Below the pieces are notes generated by a model, which was not told where the DNA came from, searched no databases, and was given only the letters and a program-made list of their open reading frames with translations. From a virus (Duplodnaviria > Caudoviricetes): a stretch of DNA of 27,982 bases. Location of the stretch: positions 1-27,982 of IMG/VR virus record IMGVR_UViG_3300049016_000021. One strand, given 5' to 3'. The stretch's first letter is position 1; each line of letters starts with the position of its first letter. Below, in pieces: positions 1 through 9,037 of this stretch. A program made the position numbers and the translations under genes.

Positions 1-453
1 TTGGCGATGTTTTACAGACACGCCGTCCGCGCTAAACGAATCAATCGCGTCATCGCCGCTCTCGTCGAAGCCTTCTAAGTACGCCAGTGCGAGTTCGCAT
101 TGAGCGTCTTTTACCGGCTGCGGAATTTCGGTTGATTGATAAACCTCCCCATACCCCCAGCCCCACGTGTAACCATAGAAACCGCCGTATCCGACACCTA
201 CGCCATCAACCTTCGCGACGTCGATTCGTGGCCAAGCGAGCCGCTGAGTAGTCGTAACACGATTGCCGAGCCAGTTTTCACGGTCGAGCCGTTGCGCCGC
301 CATCAGCAATGCCCGCGTCTTATCGTCCGAATTCGCGCCAGTCCAACCGTCGGCGTTCAGTTTAGAATCGAGATAGCTCTCAGCCGCATCCATATCGACG
401 TATGAATTCGCCGTGCTTCCACCGATTGAATTGTCGAGCGCGGGGATAGGCAT
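1..453 (-). CDS. DnaT-like phage head-tail adaptor protein (3' partial, runs off the window)
   Basis: Translated by hand (not in ORF track): MPIPALDNSIGGSTANSYVDMDAAESYL...RALLMAAQRLD...QRLAWPR...EIPQPVKDAQCELAL. The ANSY, LAWPR and IP..VK.AQ.ELA motifs typify this family. Start overlaps the upstream stop (TAATG). Confidence 0.85.
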   Translation of the reverse strand, partial: MPIPALDNSIGGSTANSYVDMDAAESYLDSKLNADGWTGANSDDKTRALLMAAQRLDRENWLGNRVTTTQRLAWPRIDVAKVDGVGVGYGGFYGYTWGWGYGEVYQSTEIPQPVKDAQCELALAYLEGFDESGDDAIDSFSADGVSVKHRQ

Positions 454-650
454 TATTCGTCAGCGTTTTTCTTTGGGCGTCCTTTGGGTTTTGACGCGAC
501 TTCTTCTTTCGGCGCGGATGCATCTTCGCCAACGCCTTCAGGCGCCATCGGCTCATAAATCTTATGGATCTCGGGATTGAAATCCGTTTTGTTGATGATC
601 ATCAAAGCGCCCGGAGTATCTGGATGTTCGACGGTGATGGTTTCAATCAT
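453..650 (-). CDS. Small capsid-associated hypothetical protein with basic C-terminal GRPKK tail
   Basis: 65 aa, directly after the capsid gene. The IIN..DFNPE.H pattern is common in small post-capsid phage genes. Confidence 0.75.
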   Translation of the reverse strand: MIETITVEHPDTPGALMIINKTDFNPEIHKIYEPMAPEGVGEDASAPKEEVASKPKGRPKKNADE

Positions 651-668
651 GATCTTTCTTGATTTAAC

Positions 669-690
669 GAGGGCGAGTTACCCCGCCCTC
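669..690 (-). terminator. Stem-loop after the major capsid gene (weak terminator or mRNA-stabilising hairpin)
   Basis: Minus strand GAGGGCGGG-GTAA-CTCGCCCTC: 9-bp stem, GNRA loop, poor U-tract. Confidence 0.6.
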
Positions 691-704
691 TATTCGATTA
701 CGGG

Positions 705-1856
705 TTAGGGTTGCCCGGCCAAACGGCAGGCCAGTTCAGGACGGACCAACTTCGCGCCCCACAGGATGTCGAAGTCCCAGACGGTCTGCTTGTACTGTCG
801 GCTGACTTCCAGCCGGAGCACAATGCCGCTCTTGGGGTCTTGCATGGACATCATTTGATTGCCGAGTTCGAGATCAATGGTTGACGCCTGCAATGGACGC
901 GTCGCGAAAGCGATGGCGTTTCTGTGAAAGCCGAGATTGACGGTGTGGGAAGCCGTGAGAGTGACAGCCTCGCCTCCGGCCTTGGAGGTCACAAGCCCCG
1001 GATAGATGCTTACGTTCGTATTGCCGACCGCGAGCGTCACGGCCGCCGTAACGACGTAAGTCTGATTATCGCTGGCAAACTTGATGATATCGCCAGCTAC
1101 GAGAGGCGATGTATTGGTCGCCTTGGCAATGGAGACCGTTTTGACGCCTGCAGCGTGCGCTCCGTTGACCGTGGCAGCGCCAGCGGTGAGAGGGGTTGAG
1201 GTATGGGTCGGAACGTGATCGTCAGCGAACCAGTCCATGCCGAAGAACATGCCCATTTCGCCCTGCTGGACGACTTGGTTCTTGCCGGACTGCGAGGCGT
1301 CCCTAAACGCCGCCTGAGTCAACGCGTTCGCCTCGGCGTCGAAGTTCATCACCACGCGACGCTGATCCAGCGGGCAGAGCTGTTTGTTCAGGGTTTTACG
1401 CAGGTCCGTGGCCTCGGTGATGGTAGTAGCGAAAGGTATCGCGCTTACCGATCCTGCGAAGCCAAAGACGCCCTTGTATTCGTCGAAGATGTCAATGTTG
1501 ACCGCGTTGGCGAGCGCCTTGATCGCCTCATCCGCCTGCATCGGAAAGAAATGCTCGTTGCGATCAATCTGAACCAGATCCTTATCGCTCAAATGGAAGT
1601 CGCTATGCTTCCAGTTGTCGAGCGGGATCTGAACCACGTCCGGCGTGTTGCTGGCCGGCGCGGGCGGCGTGTTACTTGGCGTAACGTCGCTGGCGACCTG
1701 CGCCACGGGAATCGGCACGTTGATCACGTCGCCTTTTTTCGCGGCGTCCATCGCGTAGTCGCTATTGACCAGCCTTGGCATAACCACGCGCTGACGAAGA
1801 GACATTAAGCCCCTCGCCAGAATCTTCGGCATAATGTTGGTTAACGTATTCGGCAT
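705..1856 (-). CDS. Major capsid protein, P22 coat (gp5)-like, with insertion domain
   Basis: 383 aa. KKGDVINVP near the N-terminus, NLGFHRNAIAFATRPL and FDILWGAKLVRPELACRL at the C-terminus. Follows the scaffold gene, GGAG RBS. Confidence 0.93.
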   Translation of the reverse strand: MPNTLTNIMPKILARGLMSLRQRVVMPRLVNSDYAMDAAKKGDVINVPIPVAQVASDVTPSNTPPAPASNTPDVVQIPLDNWKHSDFHLSDKDLVQIDRNEHFFPMQADEAIKALANAVNIDIFDEYKGVFGFAGSVSAIPFATTITEATDLRKTLNKQLCPLDQRRVVMNFDAEANALTQAAFRDASQSGKNQVVQQGEMGMFFGMDWFADDHVPTHTSTPLTAGAATVNGAHAAGVKTVSIAKATNTSPLVAGDIIKFASDNQTYVVTAAVTLAVGNTNVSIYPGLVTSKAGGEAVTLTASHTVNLGFHRNAIAFATRPLQASTIDLELGNQMMSMQDPKSGIVLRLEVSRQYKQTVWDFDILWGAKLVRPELACRLAGQP

Positions 1857-1904
1857 TTTGCTTTCGCTCCTAGATTTTTATTTCGCGCCAACCAACTATC
1901 GAGA

Positions 1905-2684
1905 TCAATCAACAACTGTGATTTCACCTTTCGCAATCGCCTCGATGTTCGAGTTCAGCGCATCTTGATCAAAACGGCGCACGGTTTTTACTCCCGTTCT
2001 GCCGCTATCGCTCTTACCTGCTCCGCTGCCACCGGCTCCAGACGCCTTGTAGAATTTCGGCCTCTGATCGCTATAGACCTCTTTGAAGAACTTCTCCGGC
2101 GTAACCGTCGAAGCGCTCCCGTCCTCCATCACGACGATCTTGCCGTCTTCGTCGAAATCGAAACGGCGCTGGTTTGCGAGTTCAAGTCTCGCAACTTCCC
2201 AGTCGCCAGGATCGCCCCCGGACTTGACGAACACATCTCGCAACGGCGACCAGAGCCTGAACTCGCGCAACTCAGATTGGGCCTTCTGCAGTTCGGTCTT
2301 CGTTGTGCCGAGTTCGTCCTCTTTCTTCTTCAATTCCTTCGCGTGCAACTTGTCTTTCATCTCAAGCTGCTTCGCCGCGTCAGGGTTGCCCTTGCCGTTT
2401 TCGCTACGCTTGTTCCAGTGCTCCAGAACCTGCGCAATCTCGTCGTCTTCGGCCTCGGCCAGAGCTTCGGTTAGCGACTTGAACTTGCCGAACTTGGCGA
2501 GTTCGCCGTCTTTCTCCTTGACCTTGCCAAGAAGTTCGGTGGTTTTCTTTTTCAATCCAGCGGCTTTGATTTCCGCGTATTTGTCCGGGTCAAAGTTGAA
2601 CTTGCCGGCTTCGGCCTCAACGTAAGCCCCGCGAATTGCCTCATCAACCTTGTTGATGTCGTCAATCTGAAATTCAATCCCCAT
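1905..2684 (-). CDS. Capsid scaffolding protein
   Basis: 259 aa charged coiled coil with a Gly-rich GAGGSGAG near the C-terminus, between portal and capsid genes. GGAGG RBS. Confidence 0.85.
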   Translation of the reverse strand: MGIEFQIDDINKVDEAIRGAYVEAEAGKFNFDPDKYAEIKAAGLKKKTTELLGKVKEKDGELAKFGKFKSLTEALAEAEDDEIAQVLEHWNKRSENGKGNPDAAKQLEMKDKLHAKELKKKEDELGTTKTELQKAQSELREFRLWSPLRDVFVKSGGDPGDWEVARLELANQRRFDFDEDGKIVVMEDGSASTVTPEKFFKEVYSDQRPKFYKASGAGGSGAGKSDSGRTGVKTVRRFDQDALNSNIEAIAKGEITVVD

Positions 2685-2737
2685 AACTTCCTCCGCCTTG
2701 CTTTGGAATTACCGGCCTTGCCGGGTTGATGGTTATT

Positions 2738-2765
2738 ATTGTGGGACAGTCGCAAACTTTATTTT
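2738..2765 (-). promoter_or_regulatory. Putative late promoter for scaffold/capsid
   Basis: AAAATAAA-14 nt-CACAAT. Overlaps an 8-bp inverted repeat GTCGCAAA/TTTGCGAC (2749-2771). Confidence 0.7.
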
Positions 2766-2772
2766 TGCGACG

Positions 2773-4296
2773 TTATGCGTCCGCCGGATCGCTGCCGCTC
2801 TCAAAGCCGCGCAACAGCTCAGCGCCCAGTCTTTGCTTCTCTTTCTGCTCGGCTCGAATGCGTGCCTCCTCAACCTTTGAATCAAAATTTTCAGGCAATC
2901 GACCGGCGCGCCCTAGAACTTCCCAGAACGTTTGCAGGCTGAGATCACCGGATGCGCGTATTGCGCCATATGCCTGCATCTCTTGGGCGCTGAGGGTGAG
3001 TTGATCAATCTCCAAGCCTTCAATCGAACCGCCGGCGGTCGCCTTCGGATCAACATATTGGGTCGTGAATTTAAGAGACTGCTCGCCACCGTCTTTCAGG
3101 CTGCGCGCCGCAGTCGCCAGATCCGAATCCGTCTCGACGTGATTAGCGAAGACTTCGGTAGCGGTCTTCTCAGGCGACGGACCATTCGGCGCAAGAATCG
3201 CCAGCCCCAACCTCGCCATCTGCGCTTCCAGATCCTGCAGGTCGGTTCGCTGCGGCGTCAGGCCCGCCCCGTCAGGCTCTGCAAACCAGACATCGCCATC
3301 GGGACGTACAACATGAAATGAGTTATGGCCGATGACCTCGATTGTCTTACTCGGATCAAGCCCCTTGAAGCACAATTGAGGGATGCACATTCGCAGCCCC
3401 TCGCTGTAATCGGAATATTTCTGGTAATGGCCGATGTTGATCAACGCCAAATCAAGCAACGGAGGCTTGCTGGTGAAGTATCCGGTTTTGCGGCCATAGA
3501 TAACGGCGACAGGGATTTCAGACAGCGAGGATTCGCCGGCGGATTCGAGGATGTAATCCGTTCCATTCTCGGTCTTCGTCTCGCGGTACAGTTCCCAAAA
3601 GCCCGGACTTAAGACACGGTATTTCTTAACCTCTTTTTCGCCATATTGGCCAACCGGCTCATAGCCACATTCTTCGAAGGTGATCTGTTGGAGAATGCGG
3701 CGCCCGGTGGGAACCAGTATCATCTCACCGTTCGACAACTCAACGGCGCGCGTCTCTATTTCACTGCGCCAGTTCAGCGCCTGGCTTGCCCGATAGCTCA
3801 CCCAATACGGCCTGTGTCCGACTGCCAGTTCGTCGGCGCGCGTTGATCCCTCCGGCAATCGCGGCGGCATATCCACGTAGATAAAGGCATGACCAAGTTT
3901 CATTGCGTCGGTAAAAACTTCTTTCGCGAAAACTGTCCATGCCGCGCCTTGTAAATCAATATTCTCAGCCCAGCCTTCGAGGCTTGACTGGCTATCCGCC
4001 CCTTCCCTACCGCGAATCACCTCCGGCACGTCTGGCCCAAGCTTCGGCTCTTTCCTAAAAACCATCCCAACTAGCCCGTTCAATGTCCGCTCAAACGCGT
4101 TAAAGAGAAGCGCCCGGCTGAGTCTGACCGGATAGTCCTTGCTGCGATCTTCAGCCGGCTCGACGGGCAGATACTTAGCGCCCAGAGTTCGCAAATGGCG
4201 CGCGCCTTTGGACAGATCGTCAACGATCTCCCAGTCGTAAGCCATCTCCTTGTGGGCTTCGCATTTGTAATTGGGCTTGTTTATCTCTTCGGTCAC
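2773..4296 (-). CDS. Portal protein (DUF4055-type)
   Basis: 507 aa, GTG start. YLP..PAE...Y..RL.RA, GMVFRKEP, RPYW, PPLLDLALINIGHYQ and KTATE motifs. Lies after terL. Confidence 0.93.
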   Translation of the reverse strand: MTEEINKPNYKCEAHKEMAYDWEIVDDLSKGARHLRTLGAKYLPVEPAEDRSKDYPVRLSRALLFNAFERTLNGLVGMVFRKEPKLGPDVPEVIRGREGADSQSSLEGWAENIDLQGAAWTVFAKEVFTDAMKLGHAFIYVDMPPRLPEGSTRADELAVGHRPYWVSYRASQALNWRSEIETRAVELSNGEMILVPTGRRILQQITFEECGYEPVGQYGEKEVKKYRVLSPGFWELYRETKTENGTDYILESAGESSLSEIPVAVIYGRKTGYFTSKPPLLDLALINIGHYQKYSDYSEGLRMCIPQLCFKGLDPSKTIEVIGHNSFHVVRPDGDVWFAEPDGAGLTPQRTDLQDLEAQMARLGLAILAPNGPSPEKTATEVFANHVETDSDLATAARSLKDGGEQSLKFTTQYVDPKATAGGSIEGLEIDQLTLSAQEMQAYGAIRASGDLSLQTFWEVLGRAGRLPENFDSKVEEARIRAEQKEKQRLGAELLRGFESGSDPADA

Positions 4297-4302
4297 GAAG
4301 AG

Positions 4303-4330
4303 AAGGTAATGGAGCGGCGGGATTTATTTT
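4303..4330 (-). promoter_or_regulatory. Putative late promoter, leaderless portal mRNA
   Basis: AAAATAAA-14 nt-TACCTT-6 nt-GTG start. No Shine-Dalgarno present. Confidence 0.75.
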
Positions 4331-4339
4331 TTAGGCGGG

Positions 4340-4390
4340 AAAAAGAGCGGTCGCGGTTTGCGCCTTGTGGCCAAGTTTTCCGCGACCGCT
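4340..4390 (-). terminator. Intrinsic terminator between terL and portal
   Basis: 11-bp stem AGCGGTCGCGG/CCGCGACCGCT (4346-4356 and 4380-4390) followed by CTTTTT on the minus strand. Confidence 0.75.
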
Positions 4391-4416
4391 TTCTACAGGA
4401 GGTCACCCGTTGCTTT

Positions 4417-4443
4417 ACGGTATCAAGTTTGCGCTTTTATTTT
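4417..4443 (-). promoter_or_regulatory. Possible variant late promoter just after the terL stop
   Basis: AAAATAAA-13 nt-TACCGT with an extended TGn. Spacer is one base shorter than in the other copies. Confidence 0.45.
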
Positions 4444-5927
4444 CAGCGCCTGAACGTGCCTGAGTAGGACTGACCGCCGAGCGCCAGTTCGTTAAAGCTA
4501 TCGCTGGCCGAATCTACCTGATCCTTGTATTTTCCTCTTGGAAACTGCCGCAATTCTTCCTTGAATGCCTTATTCCATGCCCCTCGAATCATCTTCACGT
4601 TTCCAGCGTTAACCTGCGCGGCGAAAGAAAACGCCCTTGTCTCTTTGCTCCCGGTCACCGGCTCGGCTTTCACGTTGAATCCGGCAAGGAATCTTACCAA
4701 TTGCTCAGCCTGCCCCTTTCCCGCCTGGCCTGGGTCCTGCGGCAAATGGATTGCAACGGCCTGGCCATCACTGATAGCTGTACTTCGCAATGTCGTCTTG
4801 GCATCGTCCGCCGACAATTGCCCGCGCTCGACATCGCACACGTAATAAATCCCCTTGTCGTCGGTCCCAATCAACACTCCGGAGGTGTAAGCGCCAGATC
4901 CTTTACTGGCCGCCAGGTCCCACGCGCGACAGAGACGAAGATCCGCCGGCGCAACCTCAACCACCTCCAACTTGTCCACCTTGAAAAACTCGCCTTCTTT
5001 GGCGCTGGGCCTCTGCTGAAACAATGCCTGGAAGAAATATTCCCCAATTCTCTTCCCGATCTTCTGCAACTTCTCAATCGGCCTCCGCTCCGGGCAAAGA
5101 GCTTCACCGGACTGGAGCCTAAAATCCCGCTCGACCGTGCAGGACGATGGAAATTGATTCGGGTCTGAATCTTCGGATATCGCCGGCAGGTTGACTATAT
5201 GCCAGCGCTCCCGGTCCTCCTCGTCTTCGGCATCTTTTTCTTCCTGAAGCAGCCAGCCGGCCAGGTCGTCCTCATGCCAGCGGGTTTGAACAATAATCAT
5301 GGCGCCGTTCGGGTCCGTATCGCTCCACGGTTCCTCTCTTGTGTACCATGTTGAATTCCACCAGTCTTGCAGCTTGGCGCGGATCGTTTCGGATGCGGCT
5401 TCCTCGGCGTTCTTGATAGGGTCGTCGACGACTCCAAGATGAAAACCCTTGCCGGTTGCCGGGCCTCCGGCGCCGCATGCCCATAATCCGCCGCCATGAC
5501 CGGTTTCCCATTGCTTAACCGCGCTCGCCTGTTCGCTCACGGCCCCGACGGCCCGCAGATAGTTTTCGCGAGCATTGCGAGAAAGCGTGTAGGCTAAATC
5601 AGCGGCGTAACTGGCTAAGCCAATCCAGTATTGGGGATGGCGGTAAAGGAAATAGGCAGTGAATAATCGAGAGACAGTCTCGGATTTACCGTGGCGCGGC
5701 GGGGTGAAAATTAGAAGGCGTTTGATTTCGCCATCAGCGACGCGCTGGAGAACATTTATGAGGGCTTCGACGTGAGGGTAGAATTTATATTGCGGGTTAG
5801 CCTTGCGGATGAACTGGCGGAAGCTGATCGGGACGGACTGCTGCTTGCGCCTGCGCCGCTCACGTTCCGCTTTCGCTCTCAGCAGCAATGATGGCGTCGA
5901 GTTGTTCGTCTGATAGCTTTGATACAT
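4443..5927 (-). CDS. terL: Terminase large subunit
   Basis: Walker A PPRHGKS, Walker B GVVDDP, QTRWHEDDLAG, nuclease motifs WDLA and DQVDS. Exact start uncertain because it overlaps terS. Confidence 0.96.
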   Translation of the reverse strand: MYQSYQTNNSTPSLLLRAKAERERRRRKQQSVPISFRQFIRKANPQYKFYPHVEALINVLQRVADGEIKRLLIFTPPRHGKSETVSRLFTAYFLYRHPQYWIGLASYAADLAYTLSRNARENYLRAVGAVSEQASAVKQWETGHGGGLWACGAGGPATGKGFHLGVVDDPIKNAEEAASETIRAKLQDWWNSTWYTREEPWSDTDPNGAMIIVQTRWHEDDLAGWLLQEEKDAEDEEDRERWHIVNLPAISEDSDPNQFPSSCTVERDFRLQSGEALCPERRPIEKLQKIGKRIGEYFFQALFQQRPSAKEGEFFKVDKLEVVEVAPADLRLCRAWDLAASKGSGAYTSGVLIGTDDKGIYYVCDVERGQLSADDAKTTLRSTAISDGQAVAIHLPQDPGQAGKGQAEQLVRFLAGFNVKAEPVTGSKETRAFSFAAQVNAGNVKMIRGAWNKAFKEELRQFPRGKYKDQVDSASDSFNELALGGQSYSGTFRR

Positions 5928-6234
5928 CTATCTTGCCGGAATGCTCAATTTGCCGCTTCTCAACATACCCGCGCTCCTTGCCGAGCGTCTTTAACGCAAA
6001 ACACACTGCCCATCCTTCGCCTCCAAGAACGGCGCGCTTCAAGGCAAGCTCGCAGGTGTCAACGAAATGGCCGCGCTCGTCGTTGATGGCGTCCTGCACC
6101 GACTGGTAGCGCTTGGCGTAAGTATAGACAGTTGTTGGAGAACATCCTATTTTCCGCGCGGCGAGATAAACCATGCCCTGCGTTTCCTTCAGGGCGTCGA
6201 TCATATCTTTGGCTGTCCATTTCTCCTTTTTCAT
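5860..6234 (-). CDS. terS: Terminase small subunit (Fis-type HTH)
   Basis: Start reassigned to MKKEKWTAK (6234), just after the MTase stop. HTH ALKETQGMVYLAARKIGCSPTTVY, F.LKT.GK.RGYVE, IDVSKLSDEQL. Immediately upstream of terL. Confidence 0.85.
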   Translation of the reverse strand: MKKEKWTAKDMIDALKETQGMVYLAARKIGCSPTTVYTYAKRYQSVQDAINDERGHFVDTCELALKRAVLGGEGWAVCFALKTLGKERGYVEKRQIEHSGKIDVSKLSDEQLDAIIAAESESGT

Positions 6235-6238
6235 GTGT

Positions 6239-7534
6239 TCAGTTATCCAGTTCTCGGCGGATCTCGAGCGACGGGAAGGTCGTGGACATCCGCTCGAGTA
6301 TGACGGCGCAATATTTGGGACTGATTTCCAATCCAAACACGCGGCGTCCAATATTCTGCCCAGCTACAAATTGACTACCCGATCCCGCAAAGGGTTCATA
6401 GGCGATTTCGCTGGTCTTTGAATGGTTCATCATCGGGCGGATGAACAGGTCGACAGGCTTTTGCGTGGGGTGTGCCGTGTCGCCTTCGCGTCCCGCCTCC
6501 CAAACGGACGTCTGGCTCTTGTCGCCATACCACGGAGGCGGGCTGCCCCGGCGCCATCCGTAAAAGCAGAGTTCGTGCTTCCAGTGGTACATGCCGCTCC
6601 TGGTCAATACGAATCCCGGCTTCACCCAGATTATTTGCCGATGGATAAGAATATCCGCCGCCGCCGCCGCCGCCGCAAAAAACGTGCCCTGCGTCAGCAT
6701 CGGATGCCAAAGATAAAATGCGGCATTTTCAGTCAGGTGCGGCACGGCGGTGCGAATCGCATCCTCGAGAAACGCCTGCAGCGATGCGCCATCTGTTAAA
6801 TCGTCATTTTCAATGTCGCCCTTTTCAGCAGCAATATTCTTGAAGCCCGACCGAGGAATGCCGTTCTTTATTGCGACATAATCAACACCATACGGCGGGT
6901 CAGTGTTCATCAAGACGCCTTTTTCGCCATCCATCAACCGCGCGACATCCTCCGGTTTCGTCGAGTCGCCGCATAAAAGCCTGTGATCACCAATGAACCA
7001 AAGATCGCCCGATTCGACATCCCATTTCTTGTTTAACTCGGCAGCCCGATCAATCTCCGGCTCGGCGCCCTCACCTGCGTCTCCACCGATCCCCATCAAC
7101 GGCACGATCCCTGCCTCTTCCGCCTGCTTCGTGATCAGATCCATCAGCGCGGCGTTGCCCGTCGAAACGTCCTGCAACAAGGCCTCGAGCTTCACGCGGG
7201 ATTGTTCGGCTTCCCATCCAATCGGGTCGAAGGTGAGGACGGCTAAGTCCGCCTCAGCATCGCTCAAATCGTAAACATCCACATCCCATTCGGCGTCAAT
7301 ATCCAGCGCCTGGCGTCCGTGTCCGTCGAAGAATACCAGCGCTCCGCCTGCGCGTTCGGAGCGGTAGGCCTTCAGGTCGTCCAGTTTGCCGACGGTCTCC
7401 AGCAGCCCTCTCAACGGTGCCATCTGCCCCTCTGGGTGAATCTTCGGATTCATCGGATGAGGCAAAACGTCGCCGACGCGCATTCGCACGGTTTCAATTT
7501 TGCGATCTCTCCATTGTGATTTTTCTTTACTCAC
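6239..7534 (-). CDS. ParB-like N-terminal domain fused to a beta-class N4-C/N6-A DNA methyltransferase
   Basis: N-terminal PHPMNPKIH...DGHGR. MTase motifs LLCGDST, TDPPY, HPTQKP, EPFAGSGS, GLEI. Confidence 0.92.
   Translation of the reverse strand: MSKEKSQWRDRKIETVRMRVGDVLPHPMNPKIHPEGQMAPLRGLLETVGKLDDLKAYRSERAGGALVFFDGHGRQALDIDAEWDVDVYDLSDAEADLAVLTFDPIGWEAEQSRVKLEALLQDVSTGNAALMDLITKQAEEAGIVPLMGIGGDAGEGAEPEIDRAAELNKKWDVESGDLWFIGDHRLLCGDSTKPEDVARLMDGEKGVLMNTDPPYGVDYVAIKNGIPRSGFKNIAAEKGDIENDDLTDGASLQAFLEDAIRTAVPHLTENAAFYLWHPMLTQGTFFAAAAAAADILIHRQIIWVKPGFVLTRSGMYHWKHELCFYGWRRGSPPPWYGDKSQTSVWEAGREGDTAHPTQKPVDLFIRPMMNHSKTSEIAYEPFAGSGSQFVAGQNIGRRVFGLEISPKYCAVILERMSTTFPSLEIRRELDN
6655..6676. repeat. 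Perfect (GCG)7 trinucleotide run encoding Ala7 in the MTase
   Basis: ccgccgccgccgccgccgccgc on the + strand. Protein reads FFAAAAAAADIL. Confidence 0.9.
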
Positions 7535-7540
7535 GTCGTT

Positions 7541-7568
7541 AAGATAAAGCCTTTGCCCTGTTTATTTC
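7541..7568 (-). promoter_or_regulatory. Putative late promoter, leaderless MTase-terS-terL mRNA
   Basis: GAAATAAA-14 nt-TATCTT-6 nt-GTG start. The motif contains the TAA stop of the MuF gene. Confidence 0.75.
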
Positions 7569-9007
7569 CGCCGCTGCATCTGCGCCCTCCCCTCGACCTT
7601 GCCGCTAAACCCCATCAGTTTCAACAACGCGACGCGGTGATTGCCGGATGTCGAAACGACAAAGCCGCCGGCGGGCTTCTCAGCTAACACAATCGGATCT
7701 TGTTTTAAGCCCTTCTCCGTCAGTCCCTCAGCCAGCGACTCAGCAAGGGTCAATAAGCGTCCACGATCGAGCGCCGGCCGTCCGAGAGTGATATCAGAAA
7801 TCGGAACCGCCACCCTCCTTGCCTTGTTTTCAAGACCAACCGGAAACGGATCACTTGACGTAAACCCCAAATACCTCACGTCGATCTTGCTCGGCTCAAC
7901 CTTCCCGGCCTCATTGATGTACGGCGGCGCATTGCGGATAAGAGATAGTTGGGATTGGGTCAGTGCGAATCGCGGCGGAATAATATTCGGAATAATTTGA
8001 GCCGGGAACGCTCCTTCGCCGGCCAATGCCTTTTTCACGCTGAGCTGATAGAAGTTCTCGCCCCAGAGTGGATCGCGTTTCAGTCCTACAAAATCCTCAA
8101 GCTTCAATTCTCCGCGTTTATAGAGTTCATAGCCCTTGTCGGTGCCTAAAATATCGCGTTGCGTCTGTGCGTCCTGCCTTTCGAACCAGTCAACGCCCTT
8201 ATCGACCGTAATTCCCTTAACGGCCGGCACGGCAACGCAGCGACATCTCACATGACTCTTCATTGGCTCGGTCACCGGGTGAAATGTTCCATCAAGAGCG
8301 CAACAACTGGCACAGCAGCGGCGACCGCGACCAGAGCGCCAATACCAACCCTGAACCACGTCGCCGTTTTGCAGGTAATTCTGACGCGAACTTTCGCGAT
8401 ACGCTCGAAGCGTCTCAGTCCTCGCAATACTCAGCGCCCGCGTCATATTGCCGCCGAGGCCGGCGCGGATTTGAGAGGCAATCGCCCTTGGATTTCTCCC
8501 TAGCGCCACACCTTCAATCAGCCCCTGTTCGACGATGGAGCGAGCGGACGGCGCCAGCTGATTCAATAAACTCCTTAACGGGCTCCCATTGCCCAACGTG
8601 CCAACCAAGTTCTCCACAGCCGCAACGGGTAGCTTATTGAACGTGGCCGAAATTCCCGCCGCTTCCGCTCCGGCTTCCATCAACGCAACGGAATCTGCGA
8701 GGCCGGCCTTAGCCGCCACTCCCTGTTGTTTGGTGATCGTGGATTCGGCGAAATCCGAGAACTTGCGCAGCTCTGCATCAACCTGCCGCAAGAGCGCTCC
8801 GTATCTCTCCTGCCGGACCAGCCAGAATTGGTTCACAGCCTCGCCCTTCGCGCGGGCGTCGGCGATGTCGGCGGTCAGCTTGTCGAGGTTTTTCTTGAGC
8901 CGATTCCAAGCCAATCCGTAGGCGTTTACCAAACGAACGGCAGCCTTGCGCTCACGTCGCAGGACAGCGGATCGGAAAGAATTTGCAACTGCTACGATAT
9001 CCGGCAT
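7562..9007 (-). CDS. MuF / SPP1 gp7-like minor head protein with C-terminal ParB/sulfiredoxin-like extension
   Basis: IARTE..RAY, C..C..LDG and H.RCRC MuF motifs. C-terminal VPISDI...DPIVL...VSTSGNHRVALLKLMG resembles ParB_N/Srx. Confidence 0.88.
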   Translation of the reverse strand: MPDIVAVANSFRSAVLRRERKAAVRLVNAYGLAWNRLKKNLDKLTADIADARAKGEAVNQFWLVRQERYGALLRQVDAELRKFSDFAESTITKQQGVAAKAGLADSVALMEAGAEAAGISATFNKLPVAAVENLVGTLGNGSPLRSLLNQLAPSARSIVEQGLIEGVALGRNPRAIASQIRAGLGGNMTRALSIARTETLRAYRESSRQNYLQNGDVVQGWYWRSGRGRRCCASCCALDGTFHPVTEPMKSHVRCRCVAVPAVKGITVDKGVDWFERQDAQTQRDILGTDKGYELYKRGELKLEDFVGLKRDPLWGENFYQLSVKKALAGEGAFPAQIIPNIIPPRFALTQSQLSLIRNAPPYINEAGKVEPSKIDVRYLGFTSSDPFPVGLENKARRVAVPISDITLGRPALDRGRLLTLAESLAEGLTEKGLKQDPIVLAEKPAGGFVVSTSGNHRVALLKLMGFSGKVEGRAQMQRRK

Positions 9008-9012
9008 TTAAC

Positions 9013-9037
9013 AAAAAGCCCGGCTTGCGACCGGGCT
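9013..9037 (-). terminator. Intrinsic terminator directly before the MuF start codon
   Basis: AGCCCGG-TCGCAAG-CCGGGCT-TTTTGTT on the minus strand. ATG follows within about 10 nt. Confidence 0.75.

Noticed and set aside
1857-1884. Late-promoter octamer GAAATAAA upstream of the capsid gene
   Set aside because: The hexamer 14 nt downstream is AGCAAA, not YANNNT, and the gene has a normal GGAG RBS.
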